Positions 1 to 10,831 are shown, counted from the first letter of the stretch. The stretch: DNA of 64,000 bases from Candidatus Latescibacterota bacterium (GCA_965200315.1 OZ241362.1:2208001-2272000); one strand, 5' to 3'. Made by a program: numbers and translations. Notes: generated by a model from the sequence alone, not told the origin.

Positions 1-1
1 G

Positions 2-478
2 CGCATAGTAGCGTTGGCCGTTGACCAGTTCCTCGCGGGTGAACCCGTAGATGCTGCCGCCGGAGTGGTCGGAATCCACGGTAATCGACAGCGTATCGTC
101 CTGCCACCACTTGAGGGGGGCTTCGTTTTCGATCTTGAGGGTATCGTCGCTGATTCGGGCGAAGCAGTACCAGCTATTGTCCGGAGGCGGACTCCAAGCT
201 GTGTAGATGGTGAAGTCGAAATCGGCCGCATCGACGTAGTCTGATTCGCGGTCGAAGAATCCCTCCCGCTCCAGCGCGAGACGAGAGTCGAAAAAGGCCC
301 AGTCGCCGTCGTCGCCATCTATGGTTATCGCCGCGGGATCGGGGACCTTGACGAAGGGGACCGTAACGCCGACATGGGCGGACGCGAGGCTGGTTAGGGA
401 GAACGCCAAGACGAGACTTGTGAGGAAGGCACTGAACGGAGCGCAGCAATGCGCGTCCTTATCGCTAGCTATCGTCAT
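2..478 (-). CDS. Secreted CBM9/DOMON-like sugar-binding-fold protein, 3'-truncated by the window edge; paralogue of 9920..10831
   Basis: Not in the ORF track. Hand translation from ATG 478 (SD GAGG upstream) gives MTIASDKDAH...SLASA-HVGVTVPFVKVPDPAAITIDGDDGDW...WSPPPDNSWY...WWQDDTLSITVDSDHSGG...NGQRYYA. This aligns throughout with HVGVTVFYPQVPDPAAITIDGNDDDW...WSAPPDNKWY...WWKDDCLQITVDADHLGG...NGQRW. Confidence 0.85.
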   Translation of the reverse strand, partial: MTIASDKDAHCCAPFSAFLTSLVLAFSLTSLASAHVGVTVPFVKVPDPAAITIDGDDGDWAFFDSRLALEREGFFDRESDYVDAADFDFTIYTAWSPPPDNSWYCFARISDDTLKIENEAPLKWWQDDTLSITVDSDHSGGSIYGFTREELVNGQRYYA

Positions 479-661
479 ATCTTTCCTCGCGTTCAATTAA
501 TACCCAGTACCATTTTCAATGCGTTGAACGACCTCGTGGAAGAAATCCCGCGACCAAATGTCGATGGTGCGGGTCGCGCACGAACCGATTATACCGCAAT
601 AAATTAGTGGACATTGTATGCTAAAAATGTGAGAACCTGTCCACTACGAGCACGTCGCAGC

Positions 662-3037
662 CTAGTAGGCTACGCTGATAATGCGGTGCTGACTCGCAGC
701 CCCGGCTTGGGCCTCTACCTCCACTCGACACAGGTACGAACCGGGGGGGACTACGCGTTCGTCTTGATCTTGGCCGCTCCAAATGTAGAGATAGGACTGG
801 TCGGGCTGGCGCAGCCCCTCAAGGATGCGGACGAGCCGGCCATCGAGGGTGTAAATCCGCACTTGGGCCGGTGCGTCCGTCTTCAAGATGTGGAAGCGGA
901 TTTCCGCAACGTCGCCGATCCCATCGCCGTTGGGGCTGAGGAACGATTGCACCGCGAGGTTGGTGATCAACTGGTCAGTGCCCGGAACGCTGGGCAAATA
1001 CACGGTTGTAGCGGCGCGGCGCAGCGGATCAACCGGCTGCCACACCGCTAGCTGCCCCTCGTTGCCGATGAAGGCCCGAAAGAGCGTGGCGTTGCGCTCT
1101 ACGACCGTACTAAATGTCAGCGCAACTTCCTCGCGCCGCACTGTGCGCGGCAGTTCCACAAGCAGCGAATCGCCAGCGACGCGCACCGCGGCTGGCTCGG
1201 CTTCGGCACCGCCTATAGTGAGAGCAAGCGAGTCGGGGTCGGCGGGCGACGGGATTTGCAGCAGGATGCGATCAAACCCGGGGTTACGCGACGCAAACTC
1301 TGGAGTTATGTGGAACGAAAAAAGCTGGCGCATGCCCGCCTCGGCCGTACGCGGCAGCACCTCGCCGGTAACTCCGGCGAGAAAGGCGTCGGTAAATTCA
1401 ATCTCCAAGGCGTGTACAGTCGGCGCAGTGATCGGGCGGTCTGAGCTGAGGATGAGCTGGACTTGGACGAAGCGGCGCGGGCTGGGAGACAGAAACTGCT
1501 CGCCGGAGCGCTGGTAAAAATTGCTCCACTCGCTCCAGTCCTCGTCAATGCCGATAGTGCTCTGGGTCTCGCCCCGCAGCGCCTTCGGCATCTGGTCGTA
1601 CTGCTCGGCCGTCACTTCGGTGCCATCCTTGCGGAAGTAGCGAAAATTTTCTTGCAGCTCGTTGCCCGAGCGAGTGCGCGCCTGAATGCGAGCACCCGGG
1701 GGCAGGTCGGCTTCCCAGAGCAGGGATTTGATCACCTTCGCCCGATTGTCGCCGGCGATTTTCCCCAAGTCGATAAAGTCCGAACTCATCTCCACTTGGG
1801 CCACGTGGCCCACCGCAAACACGAGCGTCTCAATCAAAAAGCCGCTCTGGAACTGGAAGCTAGTCTGCGAGCCGCCACCACCGACCCATTCGGCCGCGAT
1901 AAAGCGAACCGGGCGCGGCTCAAAAAGATACGTCAATTGGCCGGGGAATTCGGTCGAGGACGCGAGCAAGGCATCTGTATCGCCGACGAAGAGCTGGTCT
2001 AAATCGACTTCGCCCGTCAGGGTGCGGCGACCGTTGGAAACGCTCAAGCTATGGGTGCGAATCTGGGGCAGGTTGGAGCCGTACGTCAGGGTGCGGAGGA
2101 GAAAATCCGAAGTGCGCATCACGATCCGATCCACCCAGAATAGCGCACCCAAGTCCCAATCCCAAGCAATGGGGTCTTGACCGCGCTCCCGCCGTGCTCC
2201 CCAATCGGTATTGGCGTTGCCGTCGGCCATCTTGAAAGGAAAGCCCCGGCCCGAGCGCTCCTGAATCGCGCCGCCGCGCTCTAGGGTCTGCAAGGCAATG
2301 TTTTCCCCGAGCGTGTACACTTCCACCTCGGCAAGGGCTGCGTCCGGCGTCTTGGCATCTACCAGAATCCTTATGAATTGCAGCAGGTCATAGGTAGTGT
2401 CCTCAGTCTCCTCGCGTGCGCCCCGCTCCCGCGTCACCTCCCTCACCAGCGGCTTCACATCATAGGTCACCACGGTCTCGTCAATGGGCTTGGTGGTGCC
2501 GCCTATCAGGTGAAAAGAGAATATGTCTTGGCGCGTCACGCGGCGTCCCTCGGAGCCGAAGACTCGGAATTCGCGGAAGGGCCGCGCACCCTCTTGATCG
2601 GGGAAAATGAGGCGAATCTCCGACACGAGTACAGCCCTTCCTAGGTTGATCTCGATCCACCAGTCCTCTAAGGGAGCGTCCGGGTCGGGTTGCCAAAAAG
2701 TCTGGGCGCGGCCGTCTATGGCCCGGCCGGCCGTTGCGAGATTGGTGCCGGCCTTCCACGCGCCACCGCGCATCTCTTTGCCGCTCACCAACTCGTGGGT
2801 GAATTCGTCCGCATTGACCGCGGCGTTGTGGACGCCCTTGAATTCGAGGGGGGTCACCGAGCCGGTTGGGGAAAATGTGAGGGTCCCGGCCGGAAAGGTC
2901 CACTGCTGCCACTCGGCTTTGCGGTCCACCCGGTACACCTCCAGATCGGCACTCCGAGTCTGGGCGTACGTCGCCAGCACGAGGGCGGCCAAACTCAAAC
3001 CCGCGAACAGGAGGAACGTTGAGCGAATGCGCTGCAT
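662..3037 (-). CDS. Large secreted protein with discoidin-like domain and C-terminal FlgD-Ig-like domain
   Basis: Signal peptide from ATG 3037 (SD AAAGGAGAGG). AIDG...W...INLG discoidin-like motif. C-terminus LSPNGDGIGD...IYTLDGRLVR...WSGQD...VPPGSY...VAY. Confidence 0.75.
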   Translation of the reverse strand: MQRIRSTFLLFAGLSLAALVLATYAQTRSADLEVYRVDRKAEWQQWTFPAGTLTFSPTGSVTPLEFKGVHNAAVNADEFTHELVSGKEMRGGAWKAGTNLATAGRAIDGRAQTFWQPDPDAPLEDWWIEINLGRAVLVSEIRLIFPDQEGARPFREFRVFGSEGRRVTRQDIFSFHLIGGTTKPIDETVVTYDVKPLVREVTRERGAREETEDTTYDLLQFIRILVDAKTPDAALAEVEVYTLGENIALQTLERGGAIQERSGRGFPFKMADGNANTDWGARRERGQDPIAWDWDLGALFWVDRIVMRTSDFLLRTLTYGSNLPQIRTHSLSVSNGRRTLTGEVDLDQLFVGDTDALLASSTEFPGQLTYLFEPRPVRFIAAEWVGGGGSQTSFQFQSGFLIETLVFAVGHVAQVEMSSDFIDLGKIAGDNRAKVIKSLLWEADLPPGARIQARTRSGNELQENFRYFRKDGTEVTAEQYDQMPKALRGETQSTIGIDEDWSEWSNFYQRSGEQFLSPSPRRFVQVQLILSSDRPITAPTVHALEIEFTDAFLAGVTGEVLPRTAEAGMRQLFSFHITPEFASRNPGFDRILLQIPSPADPDSLALTIGGAEAEPAAVRVAGDSLLVELPRTVRREEVALTFSTVVERNATLFRAFIGNEGQLAVWQPVDPLRRAATTVYLPSVPGTDQLITNLAVQSFLSPNGDGIGDVAEIRFHILKTDAPAQVRIYTLDGRLVRILEGLRQPDQSYLYIWSGQDQDERVVPPGSYLCRVEVEAQAGAASQHRIISVAY

Positions 3038-3050
3038 AGCCTCTCCTTTT

Positions 3051-5018
3051 TTAGTAGGCAACGCCCACTGCACCGAGGCGCGTGAAGCGCTCGCGCTCGG
3101 CGTCGGCAGTCACCTCGGCGAGGTAAAGCCCCACGGGCACTGGATTGCCGCTGTCGTCGAGACCGTCCCATTCCCAAGCAAAAGAGCCGCTGCTGCGTAC
3201 GCCGGCAAACAAGGTGCGCACCCGCTGGCCGCCAAGCGAGAAAATCCGCACGGCCAACTGCACGGGTTGCTGGAGCTGGACCAAAGTACCGGAGATGCGC
3301 ACGCGCTCGTTGACCCCGTCGCCGTTGGGCGTCACCACGGCCGGCTGCACCGCAAAAAACGGGAGCAGGTTGCGCGCCGAAGCAGCCGTGGTCAGCACGC
3401 GCAAGTCGTTGGTCCAGACCGTAGGGTTGGCGTCTCCGGACAGGACCTGCTGAGGAGCCTCATCGCTTTGGGTGTCGAAGACTCGGGCGCGAAAGAACGT
3501 GGATTGAACGAAAACTTCGGCGTCGAAAACGACGCGCAACGCACTCGGCGATTGGTGCGTCAGCCGTTGGCTCGGAAAGAATAGCTTCAGGCCCCGCTCG
3601 CCCTCGACGACGCTGTCGGGCGCGGTCGCGACGGGCGGATCGCCGGTGAACATTTCCTTGAACTGCGGCCTAGCGGGCGTGAGGATCTCCAAGGCGTCAA
3701 AGCCCACATCCGTCTCGATGATGTCGGCGCGGATGTCGTAGGCAAACGTCGAGAGTTCGCCGGCCGGCACTCGGGGCTTGTTGCCCAAGGGGCGGGGGGT
3801 TTCCAGCACGGAAATTTCTCCTATGAGCTGCTGGGCCAGCGGCGGAATGGAGTGCTCGACCACCAGCGAGTTGACCCGTATGCCGTCGAGGATAGAGTGG
3901 CTGGTGAGCGCGATTTCGAGCTGGAAGAAACGACGCGGGCTAGGCAGCTCAATCCGCTGGCCAGACTCGGCAAAGGGCGGCGACCACTCACTCCAGTTGA
4001 CTTGGTCGTCTTCGACCGGGCCGCGCACGTTCAGGCCCAGCCTGCCGTAATCGCCTTCGGAGACTTCCTGCACATCGCCGGTGAAGACATTGACGATTTC
4101 GTAGAACACCTGCGGAGTATCGTCGCGGCCCGTGCGCATGCGAATAGAGACTTCTGCATCGGCCATTGGCTCGACATCGATGCGGCCCTCTTGCTGGCGC
4201 AAGGTCTCGGTCGTCCACCGCAGGCGACTGAAGTTGGCCACTTCGCCCAAGTCGATGATCTTGGACAGATAGCGCCCCCCCGGCGGAAAGCCCGCTCCGT
4301 ACACCTCAAACTCGGCGATCTCAAAGGGATTGGTCGAAGTAACGTTGAGTTGGATGTAGCGGACGAATTGCAAGGGGAAGGGAATTTGCGCCACGCTTTC
4401 CGTGGTAAAATCCACTTGGGTCAGCAGGTTGTACACCGGCAGGTTTTCCGGCGTGAAGCTCACGCCATCGCTGACCTGAATTTTATAGCCGCGGATGAAG
4501 TCGTCGGCAAAGGGCCGCCCGCGGCTGTCGGCCCCTTCTGGGCGCGGGAAAAACGAGATGCGGTTGACAGGGAAGCGCGTGCCCAAGTCAAAGAAAAAAG
4601 CCCGGCCCGCTTGCAATACTCCGAATTCCTTGAAGCGATTTTCGCTGGCGGTCTGCACTTCGCCATCGACGAGCGGGGCATTGCTCTGCTTGAAGGGCAC
4701 GTTGTCCCACACCCGCGCCTCGGCCTCACTGATGAAGTCCAAGGGAAAGCCCTCGGTCCATCTTAGCTGCCGGACGATGTTGTCGTTGGGATTAAAACCC
4801 ACCAATTGAATGGCCCCGGCAGCATCAAAGCTGATGGCCGTGGAATTTAGCTCGTCGTCCTTCCAAGAGCGACCCGCACCGCCCAATTCCCACTCCTCGC
4901 CCGCCGCGCCCGCGGCCATGACCAGCACCATAGAAGCACAAGACAGCGATCTGAACGCGCGCAAAACAATTCCCTCACTATTTGGCGAAATATAGCCCGT
5001 TTTCACCCAGCACCTCAA
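3051..5018 (-). CDS. Secreted FlgD-Ig-tailed protein, paralogue of the neighbouring gene; true start uncertain
   Basis: Shares RTGRDDTP, NWSEWS, PRRFFQ, VTPNGDGVN, WDGLDDSG.PVP.G.Y and terminal VAY with 662..3037 and 12775..14781. Confidence 0.75.
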   Translation of the reverse strand: MRCWVKTGYISPNSEGIVLRAFRSLSCASMVLVMAAGAAGEEWELGGAGRSWKDDELNSTAISFDAAGAIQLVGFNPNDNIVRQLRWTEGFPLDFISEAEARVWDNVPFKQSNAPLVDGEVQTASENRFKEFGVLQAGRAFFFDLGTRFPVNRISFFPRPEGADSRGRPFADDFIRGYKIQVSDGVSFTPENLPVYNLLTQVDFTTESVAQIPFPLQFVRYIQLNVTSTNPFEIAEFEVYGAGFPPGGRYLSKIIDLGEVANFSRLRWTTETLRQQEGRIDVEPMADAEVSIRMRTGRDDTPQVFYEIVNVFTGDVQEVSEGDYGRLGLNVRGPVEDDQVNWSEWSPPFAESGQRIELPSPRRFFQLEIALTSHSILDGIRVNSLVVEHSIPPLAQQLIGEISVLETPRPLGNKPRVPAGELSTFAYDIRADIIETDVGFDALEILTPARPQFKEMFTGDPPVATAPDSVVEGERGLKLFFPSQRLTHQSPSALRVVFDAEVFVQSTFFRARVFDTQSDEAPQQVLSGDANPTVWTNDLRVLTTAASARNLLPFFAVQPAVVTPNGDGVNERVRISGTLVQLQQPVQLAVRIFSLGGQRVRTLFAGVRSSGSFAWEWDGLDDSGNPVPVGLYLAEVTADAERERFTRLGAVGVAY

Positions 5019-6955
5019 CCCCAGAAAATCACATTGCCGACCATGCCGGTAAAGTGATCGACAAACAGAAAAAGGCCCCCCGGCACGATGTGCCCGGCAA
5101 TCATGCCCATGAAAAAGGGGCGCGTCTTGCGGTAGAGCGCCACGCCGCCGTAGCGCAGCACCGCCACCTTAATAAGCCACGCCAAAAACATGTCGAACCA
5201 CAGGTGATCCATAATCCCGGTCGGGCCAATCGGGTAGCCGAGAGGATGGAGGGGCCACCAGACGTAGTACCAGCGCGCCAACATCAAGAGCAGCATCACG
5301 CCGGCCCCAATCCCGGTGTTGATCCAACCCCACAAATGCGGCTCGCTCGGCGTGCGAATCAAGCCAGCGGCATAGTCGTAGAACCCGTGCTGTCCCCCGG
5401 GAATTTTCAAGTTGAGCGCCCCGTACGAATAGCCCAGTTCCATAACCACCCACATCGACGAGACCATCCCGATGGCCATGGCCAAGAGCATCGTCCAAAA
5501 CAGCGGGCGTTTGGAACCGCCAAAGCCCTCGCCTAGCTTGAGACTGTTGGCGGCTGACGTCATGGCAAAACTGCGGCCAGTCGTCCAGAAATAGGTCGTC
5601 GCCAGCACGATCAATCCTTGGGCACCAATGGCCGACGAGCCAACAGCGGAGACGACGATGGCGGCCGAGCCGACCGGGACCGAACCGTCCGAAAGCCCTC
5701 CTTCGGCGATCAGGCGCGTAAAACCGACAAAGAGCGCGGCCGCAGTAAAGAGAAACGCTAGCGCGACCCAGACCGGCAAACCCGCCAGCGCGAGCCACGA
5801 GACCATCACCGCGCTGCTGGCCAGCAAGATGAGCGCAGCCATCCGGTAGGATAGAATTTCGCCGGAGTCCTCTACCGTTGGGTCGCCCCACAGGGCCTTG
5901 CGACAGACCGCCCACAGGTGCTTGCGGGCCGCGAACAAGCCAAATAGAAACAGCACCAACATGCCGCCCATCGACTGGTGGACGAGGATCGGGTCGATGA
6001 TCGAGTGCCCACCTCCTATCATCTCCGAACTGGTGACGCCCAAGACGGCAAATGTGGTGCGCAGGGCGTTGGCGAAGAGGTTAAAAAACCACAGGCTGAA
6101 GGCGATTTCGGTCTTGAGAAAGTAGAAAAAGCCCAAAATGTTGAAGCGAAATTTGAATTGCAGTTCGGACAGATTGTCGAAGATGGGCAGGATGAAGTGG
6201 ATGGGATCGACATTGGTGGCGATGGGCACGGTCTCCGGGAAGTAATTGTGTAGCCCGTGCAGGGTGCCCCATACAGCCGGCACGGCAAAGCCGGTCCACA
6301 TCACCGGGTTTTTGAAGAATGGGGCCATGCGGTCCCCTCCGGCGTCTTGCTCGGTGAGGGCCATCGGCACTTGGACCAGCGGATAGGTGAGCCGCTCGTA
6401 GTCGTTCCACTGCCTGCGCAGAATCGCCATCGCGGCAATCATCGCCAAGTACAAAGCCCACACAAACGGTGCCCAGCGCGAGAACATCGGCAACCAGCCG
6501 GCCCACGGGATGGCCTGGCCCTGCTCCAAGCCCTCGTAAAAAGGCCACATGATCGCTAGGTCGCGCGGTTCCAACCAGTCCGCTATGTGGGGTTGGATGA
6601 GCGTGTGCCAGTCGTTTTCCGGCGTGGCAAAGTAAAAGGGAGTGAGGATCGTGCCGATGAACCGGCCGGCAAAAAACACCGGTAGGGGCGAGGCCATGAC
6701 CATCATTATATAAATGAGTAGGAGCTCGCCGCGATTCAGCCCGGCTCGCGGATGGATCAGCTTGAGCAGCGGGTTGATCAAGCCAGCGAGGAAAAAGAGC
6801 AAGAACAGGGCACCGACCGTGCTGGTCCCGAGCGTCATGTACGAGCCGCGCAAAAAGAAGACCCCGTACGAGTCGCCCGCGGCCACGAAAAACGTAAACA
6901 GGCAGCCGAGAATCAGCGTCTTGGGCGTGAAGACTCCGGCCGCTGGGGGTTGCAA
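5015..6955 (-). CDS. Polytopic inner-membrane protein, DUF6785/DUF6784-like (putative transporter)
   Basis: Many hydrophobic segments. Motifs RRQWNDYERLTYPLVQVP, RLIAEGG, WWPLHPLGY, LRYGG..LYR...PFF.G recognised from this family. Confidence 0.7.
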   Translation of the reverse strand: MQPPAAGVFTPKTLILGCLFTFFVAAGDSYGVFFLRGSYMTLGTSTVGALFLLFFLAGLINPLLKLIHPRAGLNRGELLLIYIMMVMASPLPVFFAGRFIGTILTPFYFATPENDWHTLIQPHIADWLEPRDLAIMWPFYEGLEQGQAIPWAGWLPMFSRWAPFVWALYLAMIAAMAILRRQWNDYERLTYPLVQVPMALTEQDAGGDRMAPFFKNPVMWTGFAVPAVWGTLHGLHNYFPETVPIATNVDPIHFILPIFDNLSELQFKFRFNILGFFYFLKTEIAFSLWFFNLFANALRTTFAVLGVTSSEMIGGGHSIIDPILVHQSMGGMLVLFLFGLFAARKHLWAVCRKALWGDPTVEDSGEILSYRMAALILLASSAVMVSWLALAGLPVWVALAFLFTAAALFVGFTRLIAEGGLSDGSVPVGSAAIVVSAVGSSAIGAQGLIVLATTYFWTTGRSFAMTSAANSLKLGEGFGGSKRPLFWTMLLAMAIGMVSSMWVVMELGYSYGALNLKIPGGQHGFYDYAAGLIRTPSEPHLWGWINTGIGAGVMLLLMLARWYYVWWPLHPLGYPIGPTGIMDHLWFDMFLAWLIKVAVLRYGGVALYRKTRPFFMGMIAGHIVPGGLFLFVDHFTGMVGNVIFWG

Positions 6956-6958
6956 GGA

Positions 6959-9598
6959 CTATACCCCGCCGGTGGCAGCGAAGATGCGGACGAAGACGAT
7001 TGATTGCTTCTGGGTTTGCTCCGCGAAGAATTGGCGCTCTAGCAGGAAGCCCGCGTTCATGGTCAGCTCGTACCCTTGATAGGACGACACATTGGTCAGC
7101 AGGGCCGAAAACACGAGGCTGCGGAAGTCATCGATATAGCTCGGCGACGCCTCGGCTGGACGCTCGACCAAGTTCTCAAAGAGGCTGAATTCAACGCCGA
7201 AGTCCAAGAGCGTCTTCGGCAGGAGCACGTACTGGCCCAAAAAGAAAAAGCTCTCAGTCAGTTCGTTGGATTCCAAACCGACCAGCGCGGTGGGGGTTTC
7301 TCGCTCGTACATACTCTTCCACTTGGGATAGAGAGCGAGCCGATCGCTGGGACGGAAGGAGTAATCGGCCTTGTTAATTAGGCCCCAAAAAGAGCGGTCG
7401 CGCTTTAGGTTGGCCTGCGCACCGAGCTGATTGAAGCGCTCGTACTTCAGCTTGCCTTCGAAGTTCAGATTGGCAATGCGAAAGTAGCGGGCCTGCACGT
7501 ACAGCGAGTTAACAAAGGTATCTTGGTTGTCGAGCGGATCGGCAAAATCCGTCAGGCCGATGGGGTCGCGCCAGACGATGCGGTCCTCGGGCAAGTTGTC
7601 GGCCACTAGTTTGGCGTGTTGAAAAAGGGCCACGTCTAGCCCGGGATAGGATTTTTCCAAGGTCAGCAACCCGTAGAACGAGCGGCTCGCGCGGTCGCTG
7701 CTCAGTTGGTGCTCGGCGAGCCGGCCGACGGTCAGCCGGGAACTCTCGGTGATTTTTAAACCTCCGTACGCGTTGTACCCGCGATGGTCGCGCTCGTAGG
7801 GATAGTCGGGCAGGCGGTCGTCCTCAAAGCGGTCAATGATCGTGTTGTTGTTCATGTCCATGCCAAAGAGAAACTCCGGCGGATCGACCTGATAGCGCAG
7901 GAAAGGCTCGACGTAATCCGGGCGGCTGTTCTGGTTTTGGTTGAAGTCGGAGATAAAATCGTTGTTCTCGTCCAGCCCGGGAAAAATCTCGGTGTCGCGG
8001 CCCTGCGAGCCGCCCTCGCCGCCGAACCCCTGACTCTGGCGATAGCGTTGCCAATCTGTGTAGCGATCTTGGTCGTCGTTGTCATCGACAAACTCAAAGA
8101 GGTTTTGGGTCTCGCTGGCGTAGTCGATGACCCCACCCGGGTCGGCGATAAAGGCCGTGGTGCTGTAGTCGGGATCTATGGTGAACACCTCGCCGTACGC
8201 AAAGAAGGGGTAGCGCTGGTAAGAGGCCGTCGCGTACCCGGCTTCGGCCGTTTCCTTATAAGCGGGCAGCTTGCGGAAGTTCTGATTGGGGAAGCGGCGG
8301 AAGCGGCGATTGAGGGCCCATTCGGCCCGCAAGTCGAAGTGGGCGAGGTTGATCAGTTCCAAGTCCATGCCGATCACCTCGTGCCCGGTCGGCAGGCCGT
8401 AGGCAAAGCGCACAAAGGTCTGATTGGAGCCATCGGAGATCTCGTCGCGGGCTTGGGCCACCGGCAAGAAAACCTGCTCGCCCCGGGCATTGGTCTGGAG
8501 ATTGGAGGCGATCTCTATGCGGTAGTCATTGGACACCACCAGCTCGAATTCGAGCTTCTTGGCCTCGCGGAAAGTGCCCACTTTTTCGGTTGGGCTAAAA
8601 TCGTTGCGAATGTCGTAGATAAGCTCAATTACGTCCGAGCCGCTCACCTCCAAGATGCCCTCTCGCCGCACACCGCCGCGCACCAAGGGCACGATCTCCG
8701 GGTGCAGCTCTCCGTCGATGATCACCTGATCGACGAAAAACGAGGCCCCGGTTTCCTCGGATTCGGGCGAATCGTCGGCAATGCGGATGATGACCCGTTC
8801 GACATTGCCCGTGTTCTGCGGGCCAGTCAGCAGGCCCTTGAGCGAGTTGTCGCCGAGGCTCAGCTCGCTGCTGGTATTGGACACATTGACCCACGTCAGA
8901 CCCAGCTTGGCGAAATCGCCCACTTGGGCCACGCCGCGCGCCCCGAGCAGGCGGGTCGTGTTTTCGATCGCCGACGCTCCCCCGGCCTCGTTGAGGGCGG
9001 TAAACCCCGGCGCGTTGAGGCGCGAGCCAAGGAGGGTCAGCGCGTATTTGTCGGCGAGAAAATCCCACTGCAACCCGTTGAACGTGGGCTTGGAAAAGGT
9101 CAGGGGGGTGAGCGTCGTGCGGATGGCGTCGCCCACCGTCAGGGAAGTGTGGAACTGGCCGTGGCTGGCCGACGAGATGACGAGGCTGTCGAACCACCGG
9201 CCAAAGCGGGTGCCCTTCAACAGGGCGCTGCCTTGGCGCAGAGGACTGGTTTCAGTCCAGTCGTAGATGACCCAGCCGCGATTGATGTACTGGCCGAAGA
9301 GGTTGTAGTTGCGGGTGCCTTCGAGCAGGATGTTGACGTAGCGCTGGTAGTGGTCGCGCGCGTAGTTGCTGTACTCCCAGCCGCGCCACTGGTATTCGTA
9401 GTACAGATTCTGCGGCAAGTACCACTTGCGCCGGTTGGGCGCCAAGGCACCCGGATGGATGCGCACCCCGCGAATCCCGGGTTCCTCAACCGGCCGAAAG
9501 CCCGTAGACAGCTGGGCAAAAGCCGTGGATTCCGAGAGTATAAACGCGCACCACAACAGCAAGATCGGCCCTCTGCTACAAAGGGTTATCAGCCTCAT
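6959..9598 (-). CDS. Large secreted / outer-membrane protein with Asp-rich Ca-binding-like motifs and beta-barrel-like C-terminus
   Basis: Signal peptide. DDNDDQDRYTD, GLDENNDFISDFNQN and DMNNNTIIDRFEDD motifs. Alternating aromatic-rich strands at the C-terminus. Confidence 0.6.
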   Translation of the reverse strand: MRLITLCSRGPILLLWCAFILSESTAFAQLSTGFRPVEEPGIRGVRIHPGALAPNRRKWYLPQNLYYEYQWRGWEYSNYARDHYQRYVNILLEGTRNYNLFGQYINRGWVIYDWTETSPLRQGSALLKGTRFGRWFDSLVISSASHGQFHTSLTVGDAIRTTLTPLTFSKPTFNGLQWDFLADKYALTLLGSRLNAPGFTALNEAGGASAIENTTRLLGARGVAQVGDFAKLGLTWVNVSNTSSELSLGDNSLKGLLTGPQNTGNVERVIIRIADDSPESEETGASFFVDQVIIDGELHPEIVPLVRGGVRREGILEVSGSDVIELIYDIRNDFSPTEKVGTFREAKKLEFELVVSNDYRIEIASNLQTNARGEQVFLPVAQARDEISDGSNQTFVRFAYGLPTGHEVIGMDLELINLAHFDLRAEWALNRRFRRFPNQNFRKLPAYKETAEAGYATASYQRYPFFAYGEVFTIDPDYSTTAFIADPGGVIDYASETQNLFEFVDDNDDQDRYTDWQRYRQSQGFGGEGGSQGRDTEIFPGLDENNDFISDFNQNQNSRPDYVEPFLRYQVDPPEFLFGMDMNNNTIIDRFEDDRLPDYPYERDHRGYNAYGGLKITESSRLTVGRLAEHQLSSDRASRSFYGLLTLEKSYPGLDVALFQHAKLVADNLPEDRIVWRDPIGLTDFADPLDNQDTFVNSLYVQARYFRIANLNFEGKLKYERFNQLGAQANLKRDRSFWGLINKADYSFRPSDRLALYPKWKSMYERETPTALVGLESNELTESFFFLGQYVLLPKTLLDFGVEFSLFENLVERPAEASPSYIDDFRSLVFSALLTNVSSYQGYELTMNAGFLLERQFFAEQTQKQSIVFVRIFAATGGV

Positions 9599-9919
9599 GA
9601 TCCAACTCCTGAGACAGTGGTTAGTGGCCAGTGGTCAGTCTCTGAAACTAACTGCTGACCACTCAAGAAAAGCGAGTGCCTTCGGCTGACAATATACGCC
9701 TCGTACCCACTGCTTACCAAGTCAGCACCGCGCTGCTGCGCTGGCAAAAACGGCATTTTCTCGCAGCAAATTTGTTTCGCCTGTATGTGCTTTTTTGTTT
9801 ATAATGTAGAATCACTTCAGCATTATCGTCTATCCGAAAGGAGGTTGCACCGCTTGCTGAACGACGATTCCATATTCCTTTTTCCTTTTTCTATTTCTTC
9901 CAATCAAGGAGCGTATAGT

Positions 9920-10831
9920 ATGAGAAAGTTCGGCTTTTTCGCCTTGTCTTGCGGGCTGGCGTGCTTGCTTAGCACGGCCGCTTTTGCCCACGTTGGCGTG
10001 ACCGTGTTCTATCCCCAAGTGCCCGATCCGGCTGCCATCACCATCGACGGCAACGACGACGACTGGGGTTGGTACGACCCAGCTCTCGCCCTCAATCAGC
10101 CCGACTTCTTCGACCGAGCCAGCGATTTCGTCGAGTTGACGGACTACGACTTCACCATCCTCAACGGTTGGTCGGCACCGCCGGACAACAAGTGGTACGG
10201 CTTTGCTCGCTTTGTCGATGACACCCTCAAGTACGATTCGCCCGTCAAGGAATGGTGGAAAGACGACTGCTTGCAGATCACCGTTGACGCCGATCACCTC
10301 GGCGGCAATATCCTCGGTTCCGACCTCGAGCAGATCGCCAATGGCCAGCGCTGGCACGTGCGCATCTTCCCGCCGGCTGGCGAGTCCCTGTTGCCCAACC
10401 AGACCTGCTTCTTCTACAGCCAGCTAGAGTTCATCGACTCCCAAGAGCTGCTGTGGGGAGTGGAGCCGGAGTTTTTCGAGGCCGCGTGGACCGTCCTGCC
10501 AGCGGGTGCCGAGAACCTGACGGTTGGCCCGGTTACGTACACCTATGAGTGGCGGGGTGCCCTGTGGGACATTTGGGGCCTAAGCGAGAGCGAGAGCACG
10601 CGGCACACGTTCGCCGAGGACGACGTGATCCACCTCGGCTATCGCCCGCTCGACGCCGACCGCCCCGGCGGTGGACGCAAGCACTCCATGTACATCAACG
10701 ACGGCAGCCAATCGCAAGACGTCGACGCCTCGCAGATGCCCGACTTCTGGGCGCTGGCGGCGACCGAGACTAACGTGGAAAACGACACTTGGGGCCACAT
10801 CAAAAACAGCATGTCCCAACGCCTCAAGTAA
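9920..10831 (+). CDS. Secreted CBM9/DOMON-like protein with TWGxIK-type C-terminal motif
   Basis: SD AAGGAG before ATG 9920. Signal peptide ending AFA. IDGNDDDW motif. C-terminus NVENDTWGHIKNSMSQRLK. Confidence 0.75.
   Translation: MRKFGFFALSCGLACLLSTAAFAHVGVTVFYPQVPDPAAITIDGNDDDWGWYDPALALNQPDFFDRASDFVELTDYDFTILNGWSAPPDNKWYGFARFVDDTLKYDSPVKEWWKDDCLQITVDADHLGGNILGSDLEQIANGQRWHVRIFPPAGESLLPNQTCFFYSQLEFIDSQELLWGVEPEFFEAAWTVLPAGAENLTVGPVTYTYEWRGALWDIWGLSESESTRHTFAEDDVIHLGYRPLDADRPGGGRKHSMYINDGSQSQDVDASQMPDFWALAATETNVENDTWGHIKNSMSQRLK

Noticed and set aside
7784-9658. 624-aa plus-strand ORF and similar long antisense ORFs (40151..41149, 61183..62133)
   Set aside because: They lie opposite well-supported genes, lack motifs, and are expected from high-GC codon bias.
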